From contig NIVC01003685.1 in assembly GCA_002269645.1 (NCBI GenBank), positions 18,937-82,936 of the forward strand: 64,000 nt of DNA. The letters are read 5' to 3'. Source of the DNA: Macrostomum lignano. Taxonomy: Eukaryota. Each line of letters begins with the position of its first letter. Positions within the stretch are counted from its first letter, which is position 1. Shown here in pieces: positions 61,311 to 64,000 of the stretch. The notes beneath the pieces were generated by a model. That model did no database searches, was not told where the DNA came from, and worked only from the letters and a program-made list of their open reading frames with translations. A program made the translations under genes and the position numbers.

Positions 61311-62899
61311 GTGCACGGGAGCTCTACGTGTTGCTGCTTGCCTGAACTAATAGATTCAGTGATAACTGCATGTACCTGTAGATATCGTCACTTCAAAAAT
61401 TTGCTTTTTCGCTACTCTGAGGACCAGTTATATTTTGTAGTGGAAAAGTATATCATTTCCATTGGGGCTTGTGTGTTACTATCTAGGTACTTCTTGTGGT
61501 ATCTACCTGGTACTAAAAATCACAGTGCTAATTAGCATAACCTGTACGCTACGCAGACAATGCGAAAGGATTTCAATGATTGCTTTCTTAGAATTCTGTT
61601 AGGGCATGGCTTCATAAGAAATCAGTAATTTTCAGGGTATACTTCACCGACCAAACTCTCTTCAGGAGAGGCGTGGTGGGCCCAAGTCACAGTGAGTGTA
61701 CATGCCTGATGATAAGGCCCTGCGTGAGCGTGCGGCTTCCATTTTACGAGTTAAGTTTCATGCGCAAATAAGTTTAGCCAGCTATATGCAAATAATACTA
61801 CTATCCTTAAGAGTAGTCTCAGTTACGGACGATATGAAAAGTGGAGGAGTGGCCCAATCGAGTTAAAAAAAACTACTGTTTGTATACAGTACCGTGTTTT
61901 TTAAGAGAAGAACATTCTGTGTAAACGTATTTTTAATTATTCTGTCCTTACGCTTGCCTAGTTAAAATTAACCATGTTTTGTTAATCCGCGTTGAAAAAT
62001 AAAATATACAAAGCCTGTCCTGCTTTTGCTACTCTGCACCACTTTAATTAGTAGTATTGTATACAAAAATGAAACAAAACAATGTCTTTTTTAATTATGT
62101 TTAATTCTGTGAAAAAAATCTGCCCAGTCAACAAGCTGTGATTAATTAGCAAAATTGATTTGATTTATTTATACACTCAAAATTTAACTGAAGCAGACCA
62201 TAGCAATATTAAAGGAAATTAAAATAAGAATAAATTGCTAAATAAGCTGACTGATTGGGTTTAGTAGTACATGTAGTACATATCTGAACAAAAAATAATT
62301 AACAGAAAAAATAGAACAATCACGACTTAAGTTGAACAAGAATTATCATAATTAATAAAACAAAATGCAGTCAAGAAGCCGAACGAAAATTCAGATGGTC
62401 AAATTGGGGATTGAGTCAGGGTCGGGAGTTTCTACGGAAGCAAACAACACTGACAATATATTTGCGTATCCCGTTCGCTCTACTATGAGTAGAAGCAGCT
62501 GAAAATAAGCAAATCTACTCTATTTTTTTGAAAAAAAAGAAAAATAAAACTGCATCAGTCTAACAAAAGTCCAGCGCAAACTGAGGAAGACCCGAAAGTC
62601 AGGCGAGAGATGAAAAAAATCTTTCATAATTTTCTAAAAAATATTGAATGGAAAATAAAATGGCGCAATAAAGCTCACACATGCTACTAGATTTGTGACT
62701 AGAATGCGAACAGGCTGAGGCAGACTTCAAATAACAACAAAAATATCGGCTCAAAATAAAAATACATCTTTTATAAACCAAATCACAGATGCGAGCATCG
62801 AACACAGAAGTACGAATAAAGTTGCTTGATTGTGCAGCGTCTACTGATGATGCGTAAATATATGAGTGAGTGGGAACAGATTGGGCTTTAGATGTGACA

Positions 62900-63460
62900 G
62901 GAGGGATGAGATGAAACATAGGATAGAGATTACATTGAACAGGAGAGAGATGAGACACGACAGAGAGATTATAAGAGACAGGGGAGAGAGTAGATGAGAC
63001 AGAGATGAGAGATTAGATGAGACAGGGAAGAGAGAATAGATGAGACAGGGAAGAGGTTGGATGAGATAGGCAAGAGGTTAGATGAGACAGTGGAGAGATT
63101 AGATGAGACAGTGGAGAGATTAGATGAGACATGAGAGAGATTAGATAGACAGGCAAGAGGTTAGATGAGACAGTAGAGAGTTTAGATGAGACAGGGGAGA
63201 GAGTAGATGAGACAGAGAAGAGAGATTAGATGAGAAAGGGAAGAGAGAATAGATGAGACAGGGAAGAGGTTGGATGAGACAGGCAAGAGGTTAGATGAGA
63301 CAGTGGAGAGATTAGATGAGACAGTAGAGAGTTTGGATGAGACAGGGGAGAGAGTAGATGAGGCAGGCGAGAGACTAGATGAGACAGTGGAGAGATTAGA
63401 TGAGACGAGAGATTAGATGAGACATGAGAGATTAGATGAGACATGAGAGATTAGATGAGA
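62900..63460 (+). repeat. GA-rich degenerate minisatellite (gagagattagatgagaca)
   Basis: Direct reading. Confidence 0.85.
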
Positions 63461-63531
63461 CAAAGGAGAGAGAGTATATAAAAGAGATTAGACGAGTCGG
63501 AGAGTTAGAATAGGACAGGACATGCCAGGTA

Positions 63532-63879
63532 TCACAGAAAAGTACTTTTATCGGAGGCCTCCTCGAAGCAGCAGTCGTCGCCATCGGCGTTGCCTCCGAC
63601 GCTGGTACTGTCGCCGTCGGAGGCGAGGATGCCACGGCGCCACAGACGGCGCTGCTGTTCCTCGCTGGACAGGGCCGGCTGCTGTTGATCCGTCAGCGGC
63701 TGCGGCGTCTGCGGAGTGGCGGCAGCGGGTCCTGGAAGAAGCAGCCCGGCGGACGAATGGCGCGAGAGGCGGAGCCGCTCTTCTTCAGGTAGCGGCGCTG
63801 ACGCGGCGGCTGCTGCTGCGGCGACGAGAGAAACTCGGCGCTGCCGCTGTGGTCGCTGCTGCCGTCGTTGCTGCCGAAT
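63532..63879 (-). CDS. Terminal coding exon of an unidentified gene extending beyond the window
   Basis: tccactcccag|ATT CGG... 116 codons IRQQRRQQRPQRQRRVSLVAAAAAAASAPLPEEERLRL...DDCCFEEASDKSTFL*. This frame is absent from the ORF track because it has no start codon. Confidence 0.6.
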   Translation of the reverse strand: MRQQRRQQRPQRQRRVSLVAAAAAAASAPLPEEERLRLSRHSSAGLLLPGPAAATPQTPQPLTDQQQPALSSEEQQRRLWRRGILASDGDSTSVGGNADGDDCCFEEASDKSTFL

Positions 63880-63904
63880 CTGGGAGTGGATGATGGGTAT
63901 CGGC

Positions 63905-64000
63905 GCCCAGAGGGCTCGTGTCTATTTTTAGCAACAAGGAGAGTCTGAGGGCGGGGACCCCGCCCCAGAGGGCTCGTGTCTATTTTTAGCAACAAGGAGA
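63905..64000 (+). repeat. Start of a ~59-bp tandem repeat
   Basis: cccagagggctcgtgtctatttttagcaacaaggaga occurs twice before the window ends. Confidence 0.75.

Noticed and set aside
53764-61350. Many antisense and alternate-frame ORFs over the poly-UBL gene
   Set aside because: Shadow ORFs expected from high GC and low-complexity codons.
61660-61740. Hammerhead ribozyme (CTGATGA present)
   Set aside because: No GAAA core or stems I and III; other CTGATGA sites (~11022, ~62844) also lack them.
62599-62958. 119-aa minus-strand ORF
   Set aside because: AT-rich, begins in a GA repeat, no recognisable motif; probably UTR or intergenic.

Overview
Eukaryotic (animal) genomic DNA. GC-rich exons, minisatellite-filled introns and (GACA)n/(GATA)n tracts suggest the flatworm Macrostomum; this species call is inference. 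All gene identities rest on recalled family motifs, not database searches. Three conserved spliced genes were reconstructed by hand: NCBP1/CBP80 (minus, 12 exons, 854 aa, 16.9-kb intron 1), CFAP161 (plus, 6 exons, head-to-head with NCBP1) and an Lhx2/9/apterous LIM-homeobox gene (minus). Less ordinary content: (1) an apparently intronless ~7.6-kb gene for a ~2,520-aa protein with about 7 ubiquitin-like domains (2 N-terminal, 5 C-terminal) around a disordered linker with glycine-zipper-like segments, split by one frameshift; (2) a small UBL ORF plus candidate plus-strand exons nested antisense inside NCBP1 introns; (3) a transposon graveyard in NCBP1 intron 1 depleted of CG and also CAG/CTG and enriched in TAG/CTA, hinting at non-CG cytosine deamination; (4) five MITE insertions (three families) with 8-bp TSDs and a 2.2-kb solo-LTR-like element carrying a promoter and a splice donor inside CFAP161; (5) a dispersed ~170-bp hairpin-forming repeat. 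Several signs point to homopolymer indel errors in the assembly. No tRNA, rRNA or CRISPR array was found.
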